From: a virus
Taxonomy: Duplodnaviria; Caudoviricetes
IMG/VR virus record: IMGVR_UViG_3300042557_001137
Coordinates: 1-60,910 of that record
Length of the DNA stretch: 60,910 nucleotides
Reading direction: 5' to 3' (one strand)
In this document: positions 19,901-29,278 of the stretch, piece after piece
How the letters are laid out: each line of letters begins with the position of its first letter
How positions within the stretch are numbered: the stretch's first letter is position 1
Translations under genes and position numbers: made by a program
The notes under the pieces: model-generated
Databases searched by the model: none
The model's input: the letters and a program-made list of their open reading frames with translations, nothing else
Told to the model about the DNA's origin: nothing

Positions 19901-22900
19901 ACCCTCGCGCTTCATAGTCTTTTCTGCGGGCTTCAAGCAAGGCCGGCGTGCCACGGAATTCAAAAAGAGGCTTGTTGCCAAAGTATTCTTGCTCAGCCGC
20001 AGAAATCGATTCAGGACTGGTGTTAGACGCAGAGACCGTGCGCTTTATGCGGCGCACGGGCAGTTCTGTAACTTTTACTCGGCTTCCTTCTGTAGCCTCA
20101 AAAAGCTTTCCGGCCTTTGCTTGAGCTTGGTTAAGCGCCGTCGGATCGTCGACGGTTACATCCATCAAAGGATCGCCGTTGCTGTCCAAAATGGGTCTGC
20201 CGTCTTTACCAAGCAGTTGGACCCTGTGCATGGTCATTTCTTCGGTAAAGGCTTCGATTCCCTCGTCGCTTTGGAAGACCTGCGCGGAATAAACGTTGAG
20301 CTTGTATTCAGACTCAATCGTCTCTTCCGTCTGAAGAAGCTGACGAAGCGTGAACTTGGCGCCGCCGTTCTGCCACGCCTCGATCGTATCAAGCGCCCAG
20401 TCCGGCAACACTTGACCAAACATAGAATTAGTATTCGACGTCTGCATAAACTGCTTGGTCGGAATACGGGTGATCTCAAGACGCAGGTTTTTATCAGACG
20501 CCTTTATGAGGCGCTTTGCCTCGACCTCTGCTCTATCCAAAGCCTCCTGGTCATTGACCGTTACATCGTAAACAGACCCAAACGGGTCTTTGTCATTCTG
20601 GTCAATAACCCGCACGCGATACGGCGTGTTCCGCTTACCGTTGTTGAGCGTAGGACCGCGCTGCCCAGTAAGCATATGAACCTGCTTCCCGTCGCGGCTA
20701 CGGAGTTCTACTTGATACCCCTCAAGCATCAAATCGCCAATGATCTCCTGCAGCGCGTTCTTTGCTGCACCGCGCGGGTTGGTTACAAGCTCCCGCTTAC
20801 CGTTGACCGCCATTTCAGTCTTGGTAAGCGTCTTACCGCGCGCTTTCAACAAACCGCGACCGGAGTTGATCAGATCCCACAGCGCAATAGGAATGCGCTG
20901 GTTATCCGGAGTGACAACAAAAACCCTACGCAACGAAGCGTCCACTGCCGACTTACTTGGATTTCCGAGGACCCTATTGGCGCGAGCAATCGACCGAGCC
21001 AAGAACTCCCCCAAGCCGAGAAGAACAGATTCGCGCTGCTTGACCCCGTTGACAGTCCGTTCCAACTGGAACGGGATAAGCTCCGTGTCAGGAGACTCGT
21101 CCCGCACGATCTTGAACCCGTTGTCAGTATTCTCGATGCTTACAACAGAGTTAGGATTGGCCAGCTGCTCTTCAGCAGCAGTCTTAAGCAAGGCCTCGCT
21201 CATGCGGTTGAGCCGCCCGTCGCGCCAGTTCTGCGGCCCGAAAGCGCGCTCATAAAGCTCACGAACAGAGAACGTGTTCGGGTATACAGCTGTCGGATCC
21301 GCTTTTCTGCCTGTCCCGTTAAAACGTACGTCGACCCGCTGGCCTTCCCGCTCGGTAATCGACTCAACAAAAGCGTCAAGAGGGTCGCGGTTAGCGTTGT
21401 CGACGTTTAAATCATCAGCCTCTAGATTTGTGTCTAGATCTTCATTACTTTTCCGGTTTGCCGGGTCGAGCTCGTCAACGTTCGTTTCAACAATGTCGCC
21501 GTCTGTATTAACAAGGTGATGGGGCCAGTTTGCCGGGTTTAGGCTCTCGTCGTACGCTTCAGCGGCTCTAACATAAGCGTCCTCCTCGTCCGCGTCCATG
21601 TCACGCACTTCGAGCCGCTGGTCCTGTTGCACCCGGCGTCTGCGATCTTCAAGCGCTTTTTCGACCGTGGTCTGTCGAACGCTGCCGTTTTCCGGCATCA
21701 GCTTACGCGCGGCTTCAAACGCGGCGCTGACCCCGGCGTCGGTAGTGGCTTCTTCGGAGACGATGTTGCCAGCGGCGTCCAGCGCCTGCACAACGATATC
21801 CCCGGGCTCACTGGCTTGTTTGACCGCGCTGTAACCAAGCGCAATCTGCAAAGCCTGATCCGAAGCGCCGGCGGCGATCACTTCTCTTACAAGCTCTTTG
21901 TCGTCCGAGATGATCGTGCCACGACCTGGAACAAACGCAGCGTAAGAGATCTTGTCGGAGTCCGCAAAACGGATGTACTTGATCTCGTTCGGGCCGGCGT
22001 TATAGCGCGGCTCATTACCAGCGACCCAAACAGCTCGTTTGCTGCTGGTAGTGTCCTTCATGGCCCGGATCTGCGCCTCTATGTCGCGTTCGGATTCAGG
22101 CGAAGTCACGCCAGACAACAAGTCTCCAAACTGCTCGTTGTTGACCTGTTGATTTACTCTCTGCTCACGAGCCGCGCTGAGCATGGACTTGGCCTTGTCC
22201 ATTGCCCCGCGAGCGGCGTCAGGCACACGCACGGCGGCATCAAGCGTACTGCCAAACGCGCCGCCTGCAGCGCCAGGAGCTGCACCGCCAAAAAAACCTA
22301 GGAAAGCCGATTCCGCGAGCCGCATCTGGGCTTCTTCGGCGGTAAAAAGCGGGTCGAGATCAGCGCGATTGGCTACAGCGATGCTTTCTTGGGCAAGCTC
22401 AGTAGACCCTTCAATTGCTCCGCCGCGCAACCCGCCGCTGCCAACGCGCTTGGCGAAGTTGGCGAACAAGCTTCCTTCTTTAGCCGCGCGCACCGATGCC
22501 TGTTTGCCGATCAGCTTAAGCAACGCATATTCGCTGCCGGCGCCAATAGCCGCCTGCGGAACTCCGACCAGAGCAGCTCGGGTGGCCGACTCAGGGTCAA
22601 GGAGATAGCCGGAGTCCAAAGCTTCTGACAGATTGCTGCCAGACAGCGGAACGTACTCGGCGCCAAACGCGCCGGTCAATCCACCCACTTTGGCTGCTCG
22701 GCGCAGCGAGGCATACGCTTGCTCAGCAATCTCTTTCTCTACGTCGCTGGCTGTACCGCGCGCGGTGCGAGTGACAGAATCGCGGATGATCCGCTTGGCC
22801 ACTTCCCGATTGACCGAGTTAAGAACGCCTTGGCCTGCGACCGCCACAAGAGAGCCAGTACCGGCGCTAGCTATCGACAGCGCAGCAGACGGCAAGATCT

Positions 22901-23342
22901 GGCCGGTGCCGCGCGTCACTTGACTTATGAAGCCACTGAACGTCGGTTCGTCCAGGAACTCGCCGAAAGACTGCATGTTCTCCAAAGGCGCGGCAGCCGA
23001 TTCTTCGGCAAGTCGCGCATTTTTGATGTCAGCAGCAGCCTGTCCTTCGTTGCCTACAAGGGTGTTAAGCAGTCCCTTGAAATACAGCGCGTCGGCCCGT
23101 AGCCCTTCTATGCCAGACTGCACGCCGGCCTGGAACTCTTCGGCAAGCGTGCCAGGAACCGGCAGCGGCGCCCACGACTGGTCAGGGCTGTTCAGCAAAG
23201 CAGTCTGCGCCTCAAGGGCGCGGTTGCTCCTAGCAGTATTGCGGGCTACAACTTCAGCCTGCGCCTCCATAGGGCCGGGCTGCGGCGGCTCGCTATTGGC
23301 GGCAAAAAACCGCTGCATCAGATCATCGATTTGCGGATCCAT
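16962..23342 (-). CDS. very large internal virion (ejection) protein with zincin HExxH motif
   Basis: 2126 aa; G/A-rich N-terminal segment, LAHELGH..FEEWFSD zincin-like motif, hydrophobic C-terminus; position among ejection genes. Confidence 0.75.
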   Translation of the reverse strand: MDPQIDDLMQRFFAANSEPPQPGPMEAQAEVVARNTARSNRALEAQTALLNSPDQSWAPLPVPGTLAEEFQAGVQSGIEGLRADALYFKGLLNTLVGNEGQAAADIKNARLAEESAAAPLENMQSFGEFLDEPTFSGFISQVTRGTGQILPSAALSIASAGTGSLVAVAGQGVLNSVNREVAKRIIRDSVTRTARGTASDVEKEIAEQAYASLRRAAKVGGLTGAFGAEYVPLSGSNLSEALDSGYLLDPESATRAALVGVPQAAIGAGSEYALLKLIGKQASVRAAKEGSLFANFAKRVGSGGLRGGAIEGSTELAQESIAVANRADLDPLFTAEEAQMRLAESAFLGFFGGAAPGAAGGAFGSTLDAAVRVPDAARGAMDKAKSMLSAAREQRVNQQVNNEQFGDLLSGVTSPESERDIEAQIRAMKDTTSSKRAVWVAGNEPRYNAGPNEIKYIRFADSDKISYAAFVPGRGTIISDDKELVREVIAAGASDQALQIALGYSAVKQASEPGDIVVQALDAAGNIVSEEATTDAGVSAAFEAARKLMPENGSVRQTTVEKALEDRRRRVQQDQRLEVRDMDADEEDAYVRAAEAYDESLNPANWPHHLVNTDGDIVETNVDELDPANRKSNEDLDTNLEADDLNVDNANRDPLDAFVESITEREGQRVDVRFNGTGRKADPTAVYPNTFSVRELYERAFGPQNWRDGRLNRMSEALLKTAAEEQLANPNSVVSIENTDNGFKIVRDESPDTELIPFQLERTVNGVKQRESVLLGLGEFLARSIARANRVLGNPSKSAVDASLRRVFVVTPDNQRIPIALWDLINSGRGLLKARGKTLTKTEMAVNGKRELVTNPRGAAKNALQEIIGDLMLEGYQVELRSRDGKQVHMLTGQRGPTLNNGKRNTPYRVRVIDQNDKDPFGSVYDVTVNDQEALDRAEVEAKRLIKASDKNLRLEITRIPTKQFMQTSNTNSMFGQVLPDWALDTIEAWQNGGAKFTLRQLLQTEETIESEYKLNVYSAQVFQSDEGIEAFTEEMTMHRVQLLGKDGRPILDSNGDPLMDVTVDDPTALNQAQAKAGKLFEATEGSRVKVTELPVRRIKRTVSASNTSPESISAAEQEYFGNKPLFEFRGTPALLEARRKDYEARGYVTAYEKLPDTVDSEPEYSGVPPVPGDTLVEQMGNQNPLSSENTMDRSTVSGVTPRARDLPAPVDPVGIALSPQARPAVEPAGVAGMSESVVPMVRAVLQDLLTILKFKDPPKIYTLTELQAMSRAELEAAFPKGLAAVRLSMKRLAESRSLLGQHISGEFGKVIIYKPSNNPLRDTLVLAHELGHSLYKEERDRSLANKELRDRLMKAYRKSSTFASLSRKYGVEGGFEEWFSDQVALWASKRYRTRQSKSMTEKFFKDFVARLRGLYDALSRSFQKRFKQKVSGDFSTYMTDVLKSRREQAENNGLSYMEKSMVYKFDEMSVSAGSAQRAAVMAGKLNAFLKSPNMLDFTKVWRTADGVLRMFSPAIADMMYVQSQDPDGGGRQGFLGARADAFRKWKEEWGKIMPPTLDQATREQALLEARNTSIPTAQLQGKALEIRQYLERIHSEYIAPSNTNIRRLPNYFPTVFDLEAIANDPDGFRTVLLQADPSLDPAAVDAAIKAMKNIQEAIDDDVQPAVSPTDPSGQVEKALLLTKNILDKNKLGQFLLDPELSMLKYVSHVTRRVEWNRHTQGVDSNGKRSSRLLTELQKLSPRDRAEVENILNIYLGRQSEPLSPFWKKLNSWGQFLQFILLLPFATLSSLTDLAGPVIASKEFSSITEAFKEIASQIKNRDEAARFARDIGLTTSASMANVWVSDAEAEYMDPKARDLTDKFFTYIGLNWFTRFTREFSAGMAVRFIMKHADNQTGNPNSDRYLAELGLTQADVQNWVNGGRDMTSPAGQKMSNAVRRFVQSSVLSPNAAERPTWASDPHWALVWQLKGYFYSMGKVIVGGVKRELISKLQTGAAANNKAMMTAAAYSIALPIVALMPLAMLGLELREYAKYGLAALLPGVEADQRFFKTDRMDWPEYLGETFNRTGLHGAMAIITSANQSGEWGQSPLFSLLGPTAETLDVAMTNGWRVDKTVGDRLLPLYTLL

Positions 23343-25693
23343 TACTGCCCGGCTTCCAGTGCCTGATTAGCCATAACCGCCGCCTGCACAACTTCAAAAA
23401 GCGCTGGGTCAGCGTTACGGATCTGGGACGACGACACGAAACCCCCGGTTTTTGAACCGCTAGGCGAAAGGTAGTTGAACCCTTTAATGGTCTGTTGCCC
23501 GTTCCGCCCCGTTCCATAAACCGGCTGCAGCCGTGACAACACGTCGTCACCGATCGCAATTGAAGAATTGTCCTGAAAAATCCATTTATTTTCGTTGGAC
23601 ATAACTCCGATGACCGCGCCCACTTGCGAGTTGATTTCGGCAAGCATCGGCTGCAACTGGGCGGCCGGAATAGTGCCCTGCAGCGCCTTATAGGTCTGAA
23701 GCAACGGCACAGTATGAAACTGCAAAGCTGCAAGCGCGCGTTGACCAGTTGAGTTCGCAGTGTACCCAGTATCTTCTTCGTTTTTACCCATAGGCTTGCC
23801 TCCGACAAGTCCAAGCCTAAAGGTCTGATTAAAGTCACTGTTTACCTTGCGTATATGCCCACCAACGTTTTCGCCGCTCTCAATTCGACGCGCAAGCTCT
23901 CTCTGACGCGCTTCGCCTCTCTGCAATTCAAGAGTTGCTCGCTCCACGTCCAGCTTGCCCGCCGCAATATTGGTTCTTATCTGCTCTAGCTTGTATTTTG
24001 CAAGATCTTGGGAGCTCCAAGAAAGAGACCCGGTCTCGCCAACGTTAGCCATATACGCAAGGAGTGTTTGACGTTCCTGGGGATTGTCTGTCCAACTAGC
24101 CATGACTCCAAGAAGCGCGATCTGCTCGGCCTTACTCGGCAACTTGCTGATGTCAGCTGCCGTTCTCACTCCGGCTTCTTCTGCTCGACGCCGGACAACG
24201 CCCGCCTGCTGCGGGGTAAAAGTGATCTGCTGATTGCGGACCAGCTCTGCAGCCTGCGCCCCTGTCAGCGTGTCAAGCCTTGCCAAAACAGAGTCTTTGA
24301 ACTCCTTGAACGCTTGCGTTTGCATCTGGGGCGTGGCGAACCCGGCGCGCACATAGGCATCCCGGCGCGCATTAAGCGTCTGGATCTTAGCGTCAAACGT
24401 ACCTCGCCGTTCGTTAGGCGTACGCTCGCGCTCTCTCTGCAAAGCGTCAAGCTCTGAAGTGATCTTGTTGAACGCTCCAGAATTGATGTCACCGACCAGC
24501 TTTTGCCGGCTTTCGCGCAACTGATTCAGCTCTGTTTCAGCGGAAACTCGAGCATCTCCCGAAAGCTTATCTGCTTTTTTCTCGAGCTTAGAAATCTTCT
24601 CGTCTATGGCGGCTATAGGGTTGCTTGCAGCAAGCGATGGATCGCCCTTCTGCATTGGGTTTACATACCTACGGCTAGCAGCAACTTCCTTACTAACCAG
24701 CTCAGGCTCGATCAAATCGCTGGCGTTTCCGCGCCTAGAGCCGCTAAACAGCGCTCGCGGAATTTGAATCTTGGCGCCGCTTTTGTTCAGGGTTTCAGCA
24801 ATGCCGGTAAGCCGCTTGATGATTTCTTGAGGGTTATCCCCGGCTTCGGCTATTGCCGCCCGAGCGAGACGGGCGCCTTCCGGCCCGCTGATTTCCCTTG
24901 CCGCGCTGACGACGGTTCGCGTCAGCCTGTCGGTTTCGACACTGGTTGGACTAGCGGGCTGTCCACTAGACCGCTGATTGACACTGCCCGGAGCCATAGC
25001 ATCCGAAAAAACTTGGGCGCGAAACCATTGACTATCCGCGCCCAAGTTTGAGCCGGTAGGCAAAAGATCGGTCTTGGCATAAAGCTCCATATGCCGCGCG
25101 GCGTCGTCAAAAGAAAGCGCAAGCACGGGCGAGTTAGGATCGCTAGACCCATCGACGGTCGCAACTCCGGGGCGCCCGTCCTTATATTCGCCGCGAACAA
25201 CAATCTGTCCTTTAGCAAGCGCTTCGGGATCCAGCGTGGTAAACCGGAAGTCGTCCGATTCATACCGACCACTACTAATAGCACGTGTGTCGCGTTCGTG
25301 GTTGTAAAAGTCCACGAGGACACGTTCTGCGGCCCCGCGTTTGACAGGATCCGGATCTTTCAGCGCTGCAACAATGGCTTGGCCGCTGATCGGCCTGTCG
25401 CGGTTTTCAAAAGACACCGCGCCTAGCGACTTCATCATGCTCAGCATATTGTCGCCAGAACGCTTTTGGTCCGCAATTCTGCCGGTCTTTATAGCTTCGT
25501 CGCGCACTCGGATCGTTTCCGACCGCGCTAGTTCTAGGTTCTGCAGCTGTGACTTGTCCACCGCCAACGCGCTTTCGGTACGCTGGCGGTCAAGCTCCAT
25601 GCGGTCACGATCAAGGCGCATCTGCTGACGGCGTGCTGCACCATCCTGCACCGACTGAATGCCTTGGAGGATAGCGCTACCGAGGTCTGCCAT
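23342..25693 (-). CDS. internal virion (ejection) protein
   Basis: 783 aa, helical/coiled-coil, MADLGSAILQG start; gene order typical of podovirus core proteins. Confidence 0.65.
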   Translation of the reverse strand: MADLGSAILQGIQSVQDGAARRQQMRLDRDRMELDRQRTESALAVDKSQLQNLELARSETIRVRDEAIKTGRIADQKRSGDNMLSMMKSLGAVSFENRDRPISGQAIVAALKDPDPVKRGAAERVLVDFYNHERDTRAISSGRYESDDFRFTTLDPEALAKGQIVVRGEYKDGRPGVATVDGSSDPNSPVLALSFDDAARHMELYAKTDLLPTGSNLGADSQWFRAQVFSDAMAPGSVNQRSSGQPASPTSVETDRLTRTVVSAAREISGPEGARLARAAIAEAGDNPQEIIKRLTGIAETLNKSGAKIQIPRALFSGSRRGNASDLIEPELVSKEVAASRRYVNPMQKGDPSLAASNPIAAIDEKISKLEKKADKLSGDARVSAETELNQLRESRQKLVGDINSGAFNKITSELDALQRERERTPNERRGTFDAKIQTLNARRDAYVRAGFATPQMQTQAFKEFKDSVLARLDTLTGAQAAELVRNQQITFTPQQAGVVRRRAEEAGVRTAADISKLPSKAEQIALLGVMASWTDNPQERQTLLAYMANVGETGSLSWSSQDLAKYKLEQIRTNIAAGKLDVERATLELQRGEARQRELARRIESGENVGGHIRKVNSDFNQTFRLGLVGGKPMGKNEEDTGYTANSTGQRALAALQFHTVPLLQTYKALQGTIPAAQLQPMLAEINSQVGAVIGVMSNENKWIFQDNSSIAIGDDVLSRLQPVYGTGRNGQQTIKGFNYLSPSGSKTGGFVSSSQIRNADPALFEVVQAAVMANQALEAGQ

Positions 25694-25702
25694 GTTTGCC
25701 TC

Positions 25703-26305
25703 TTAGATGGTGAAAGCAAGGATCGCCGCCGAAGCGAGCGAGCCGATCGTGGAGTACGTATTAGCCTTGGACTGAGCGCGGGCCTGCGTGTACGCGTTGC
25801 GGCGAGCGGTAGCATCCGCAGCAGCAGAACCAAGCTGGCTCTGCGCTGCTCGGTTGACGCCCTGACCAACGTCGATCAAACCAGCAAGCAACGCGTTGTT
25901 GGAGTCGCGCTGAGCGATCTTTGCGTCGTTGACCGCCTGCACCCCGCCAAGAACATTGGCGCGCTGCAAACGAAGAGTCCGCTGCTGCAGCTGATCCGGG
26001 GTAAGGTTGACCCCGTACCGCTGCGCGTTGCGTTCTGCGATGCCCTGCGTAAGCGCCGACGCCACACCGACATCCTGACGGGCCTGATCGATCAGGGTTC
26101 TGTCTGTCCGAGCTCTTTGTATCAGCTGCTCCTCAAACCCGCGATAGTTCTGGACATAGTCCAGATACTCACGGCGGGTCAAATCGGCAAACGCTTTCTC
26201 GGGGTCGGCTACGGTTGGGATGGACGCAGAATACCCCGAAGGCACAGCCCCCGTTCTGCTGATGTATTCCCGATCGGGCGGAAGGCCCATGTACATATCA
26301 GGCAT
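25703..26305 (-). CDS. internal virion protein
   Basis: Q/A-rich with hydrophobic C-terminus. Confidence 0.65.
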   Translation of the reverse strand: MPDMYMGLPPDREYISRTGAVPSGYSASIPTVADPEKAFADLTRREYLDYVQNYRGFEEQLIQRARTDRTLIDQARQDVGVASALTQGIAERNAQRYGVNLTPDQLQQRTLRLQRANVLGGVQAVNDAKIAQRDSNNALLAGLIDVGQGVNRAAQSQLGSAAADATARRNAYTQARAQSKANTYSTIGSLASAAILAFTI

Positions 26306-26329
26306 AGCGTGTCCTCAACCGTATCTAAA

Positions 26330-27037
26330 TTAGCGCGGTCCTTTGACCTTTGGGTCGACAGCATTTGGGTCCATAAGCGGATTCGGCCGGGCCGCAAACG
26401 GCCGCGACATGTCGCCAAAAGTCGAATATGACAGACGACCACCAAACCCAGAAACCTTAGAGCCGTCGGCTCGGACCGGCGAAAAGAACGTACCTTTGAC
26501 TTCCTGCCCGTCAGGCCCAATGCCACGAGTAGCTTTGTTCTCCAGCCCCTGGAACGCAAACGTGGACGCGACCTGTACTGCTGCGGCCTGTTTGGCCTCC
26601 GCAACCTGCTGATTGGCGCGTGCACGCTCAAGGGCCGAGGACGTAGCGAGACGGCTAGCCGTCGCCATTCCATCCTGAGCAGTAGCCATTTGGCCGCGCG
26701 CGGCGCCCAACACACCCAGCCGCTGCTCGTTGCTGGCTTTGTTCGCGACCATATTGGCTTCGTTCATCTGCCCACCGAGAGCAGCCGCCGTGTCTCCAGC
26801 GACCGTAGCACTGGTCGCGCGCTCGTAGCTAGGAGCCGACAGCTGCTGCATGGTGTCAGCGTTCGCGCGACCACGCAGCGTCGAACGAATGTCTTCGTTC
26901 ATCGACTTGTCGCGCATTTCCTGCAGCAAAGGGTCGTACTTCTGCTTGAAGTACTCATACTCTGCAGTAGCGACGCCAGCAGAAGCCTTTTCCGCTTCGC
27001 TTGCCTGATAGTCCTGCTTTTTAGGTTTGCTGCTCAT
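26330..27037 (-). CDS. internal virion protein
   Basis: A/Q-rich, MSSKPKK start. Confidence 0.65.
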   Translation of the reverse strand: MSSKPKKQDYQASEAEKASAGVATAEYEYFKQKYDPLLQEMRDKSMNEDIRSTLRGRANADTMQQLSAPSYERATSATVAGDTAAALGGQMNEANMVANKASNEQRLGVLGAARGQMATAQDGMATASRLATSSALERARANQQVAEAKQAAAVQVASTFAFQGLENKATRGIGPDGQEVKGTFFSPVRADGSKVSGFGGRLSYSTFGDMSRPFAARPNPLMDPNAVDPKVKGPR

Positions 27038-27486
27038 AGGCGTTTTGTGTACACCACTGTATCAACGGTCCACCCGTGGGCTTCCATGTGGCTCATCAGC
27101 CCCAGGAAAGGCGATCTGGTTTCGAGCGTACTATAACCTGCTTCGCGGGCCACTTGCTCGAAAAATGCCTGATACTTTGACACCAAACTGGTGCCTCGGA
27201 CCTTGGCCCAAGCCAGCCAAAGAAACATGGTTTTTTCGCCGGTGAATTGGTCAATCTCGGTCGAAGAGATGACAAACCCCTCGCTAGTCGTCCACAACAC
27301 GGCTTGTTTGTTCACGCAGGCCGCGTAAACGTCTTCAGCACGATAAGTCAGCGAACGGGAAGCAGCGCAGATCTCGTCGATGCCCGGGCGGACCCAGTCC
27401 CACTCACGACGGATATCAGAGACAACCGGCTGCTCAGCTGCCGTAGCGGTTGCGCCGCTTGGAGAACGAAGTGTGGATACCACCAT
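27034..27486 (-). CDS. hypothetical protein, possible GNAT-like fold
   Basis: Lies between adaptor and ejection genes, a position where podoviruses often carry a GNAT-like gene; MFLWLAW..FEQVAREAG pattern. Confidence 0.55.
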   Translation of the reverse strand: MVVSTLRSPSGATATAAEQPVVSDIRREWDWVRPGIDEICAASRSLTYRAEDVYAACVNKQAVLWTTSEGFVISSTEIDQFTGEKTMFLWLAWAKVRGTSLVSKYQAFFEQVAREAGYSTLETRSPFLGLMSHMEAHGWTVDTVVYTKRL

Positions 27487-28114
27487 AAGCGACCTTCCTC
27501 ACGATCCGGGTATCGGCATGGCGAGACTTCAGGTCGGCGGCTGCCACGCCTTCGCCATACATAGTGCCGTAAACGCGGGCCGCGTTCATGTCGGTCCAGG
27601 GCTTGCTCGGCAACCGAAGCAGCCGGAACAAGGCCCCGTTGACGATGGTGTCGCGATAGTCCGACATCAGCTCGTCGTCCGCTGAATCCGACGTGTGGGT
27701 CGGCTTAAGCTGCGCACGGACGATAGTGCTGGACGCCTGTGTGACAAACGGAACGGGCACCAGCCACATCAACGACTGGCTGACTTTCACGAAATACTCT
27801 GGCGTTCCACGCTCGGACTTGTCGCGCCAGCCGGGCTTTCGCTGCTCCAGAAGGTCGGTGCTGATAGGGTCAAGCGTGCTGCCGTTGTGCACAGCCCAAA
27901 GAAGCTTGTGCACCACCGTGTCGGTAGGCGGCTCTAGGTCGTATTCAAACGTGCCGGCAATCGTAGTGATCGGGTCGAGCTCGACCTGCAGCACCGGGGC
28001 CCGTTCACAGAGGTCGATGACCGCTGAGCGGATGTGGTTTTCGATCATCGTGTCCGGGCAACCCGGAACCATCGGGATGATCTCAGGGAGCAGCGACTCA
28101 TAGAGAGTAGCCAT
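27434..28114 (-). CDS. head-tail adaptor/connector protein
   Basis: VPGCPD..IR.A.IDLCER, IVNGAL.RL..LP.KPW motifs. Confidence 0.7.
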   Translation of the reverse strand: MATLYESLLPEIIPMVPGCPDTMIENHIRSAVIDLCERAPVLQVELDPITTIAGTFEYDLEPPTDTVVHKLLWAVHNGSTLDPISTDLLEQRKPGWRDKSERGTPEYFVKVSQSLMWLVPVPFVTQASSTIVRAQLKPTHTSDSADDELMSDYRDTIVNGALFRLLRLPSKPWTDMNAARVYGTMYGEGVAAADLKSRHADTRIVRKVAYGGIHTSFSKRRNRYGS

Positions 28115-28120
28115 CTCCGT

Positions 28121-28828
28121 TTACCCGATCGGAGCGACGGGCGGAGGACGGCGCGGGCTGTCGTTGTTCGGCGAAGTAAACGCGTCGACCGCGCCCTTGC
28201 CGGTCACCGACGCCACGAACAGCTGATAGTGCGACGAAGCCCGCTGGCTGTTGCCCGCGTACTCGGCGTCCTTCATATACGCCATGTACAGGACGTAGTT
28301 CATCACGGCGTTGGCGTAGATGTCGGGGATATCAAGGTTACCGTTCTGCGCCACAGTCGCAGGGTTGGCCGAGTAGATGATCTCGGCAAACGCGGCGTTG
28401 GAGGTCGACACGCCAGGGTAGACGTAGAAGTTACGCGGGTTCTGCTCGTCGTAAATGTAGTGCTTTACGATCGTCGTGTGCGCGGCGTCACCGGTGATCG
28501 ACGGGTTGTGCCATTCCGGGGTCTGCGCGTCGAGAACCTCGCGCTGCACGATACGAATGGCTCGGCGGCCAGTACCGCCAGAAGCGGCCGACATGTTGCG
28601 GACAACGCGCAGCAGCGCATTGCCGTCGCTGGGGATTTCCTGTTTGGTGCCTACAGACAGCGTGATCGTGGTGTTCTTGGCCGACGCGTCCGGTTTGAGC
28701 AGCGCAATCTCACGCTGAGCGTCGTTGACCCACAGCACCAGCTCGTCGACTACGGGCCAGCGAACGCCGGTAGTGTCTTGCAGGGTCTTTTGGACGCGGT
28801 CGATAACACTCTGGACAGAGACGGTCAT
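28121..28828 (-). CDS. head-tail adaptor protein (DUF6682-like)
   Basis: LQD..VRW...EL..W.NDAQREI...KPDA; FYVYP; YMAYMKDAE motifs. Confidence 0.75.
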   Translation of the reverse strand: MTVSVQSVIDRVQKTLQDTTGVRWPVVDELVLWVNDAQREIALLKPDASAKNTTITLSVGTKQEIPSDGNALLRVVRNMSAASGGTGRRAIRIVQREVLDAQTPEWHNPSITGDAAHTTIVKHYIYDEQNPRNFYVYPGVSTSNAAFAEIIYSANPATVAQNGNLDIPDIYANAVMNYVLYMAYMKDAEYAGNSQRASSHYQLFVASVTGKGAVDAFTSPNNDSPRRPPPVAPIG

Positions 28829-28836
28829 ACCTTACC

Positions 28837-29220
28837 TCACGAATTGATGAACGCCGTCCAAGCTGCCTCACGAGCCTCGGGGCTTACGTTGTGCCCGACC
28901 TCGCGGTTTACGGCCGAGGCTTTGGGAGTGCCGTCGGCTTTGAAGTCTTCGGGGTTGCCCTCAGCGACGATCCTCTCGATCGCCGAAAGGATCACAGAAT
29001 CGGGGGTCGGCTGCTCGATGTAAGCCGTTCCGTCAAAAGCGTCGGTAGGAGACGCGGACGGAACTGCGGGCGGGCTCGCGCTCATGACTTGTTTGGCGCC
29101 AAGCTGCAGGGCAAGCACACCGATTTCGTCGGACACTTCCTGTTCCGCGTTCGGCTCAAACACGATGACGGCGCCCCACAGCGTTGCCACACGGATTTCG
29201 CGATCTGCAATGACCTTCAT
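28837..29220 (-). CDS. conserved phage head-associated protein
   Basis: AAGGAG RBS; DFKADGTPK motif; follows the capsid gene. Confidence 0.7.
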   Translation of the reverse strand: MKVIADREIRVATLWGAVIVFEPNAEQEVSDEIGVLALQLGAKQVMSASPPAVPSASPTDAFDGTAYIEQPTPDSVILSAIERIVAEGNPEDFKADGTPKASAVNREVGHNVSPEAREAAWTAFINS

Positions 29221-29235
29221 GTCTTCTCCTTGGCC

Positions 29236-29272
29236 AAAGAAAAAGGGGCCCTCCCGGTTAGGGGAGGGCCCC
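29236..29272 (-). terminator. intrinsic terminator after major capsid gene
   Basis: 11-bp stem GGGGCCCTCCC/GGGAGGGCCCC followed by a T-run on the minus strand. Confidence 0.85.
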
Positions 29273-29278
29273 CACGGC

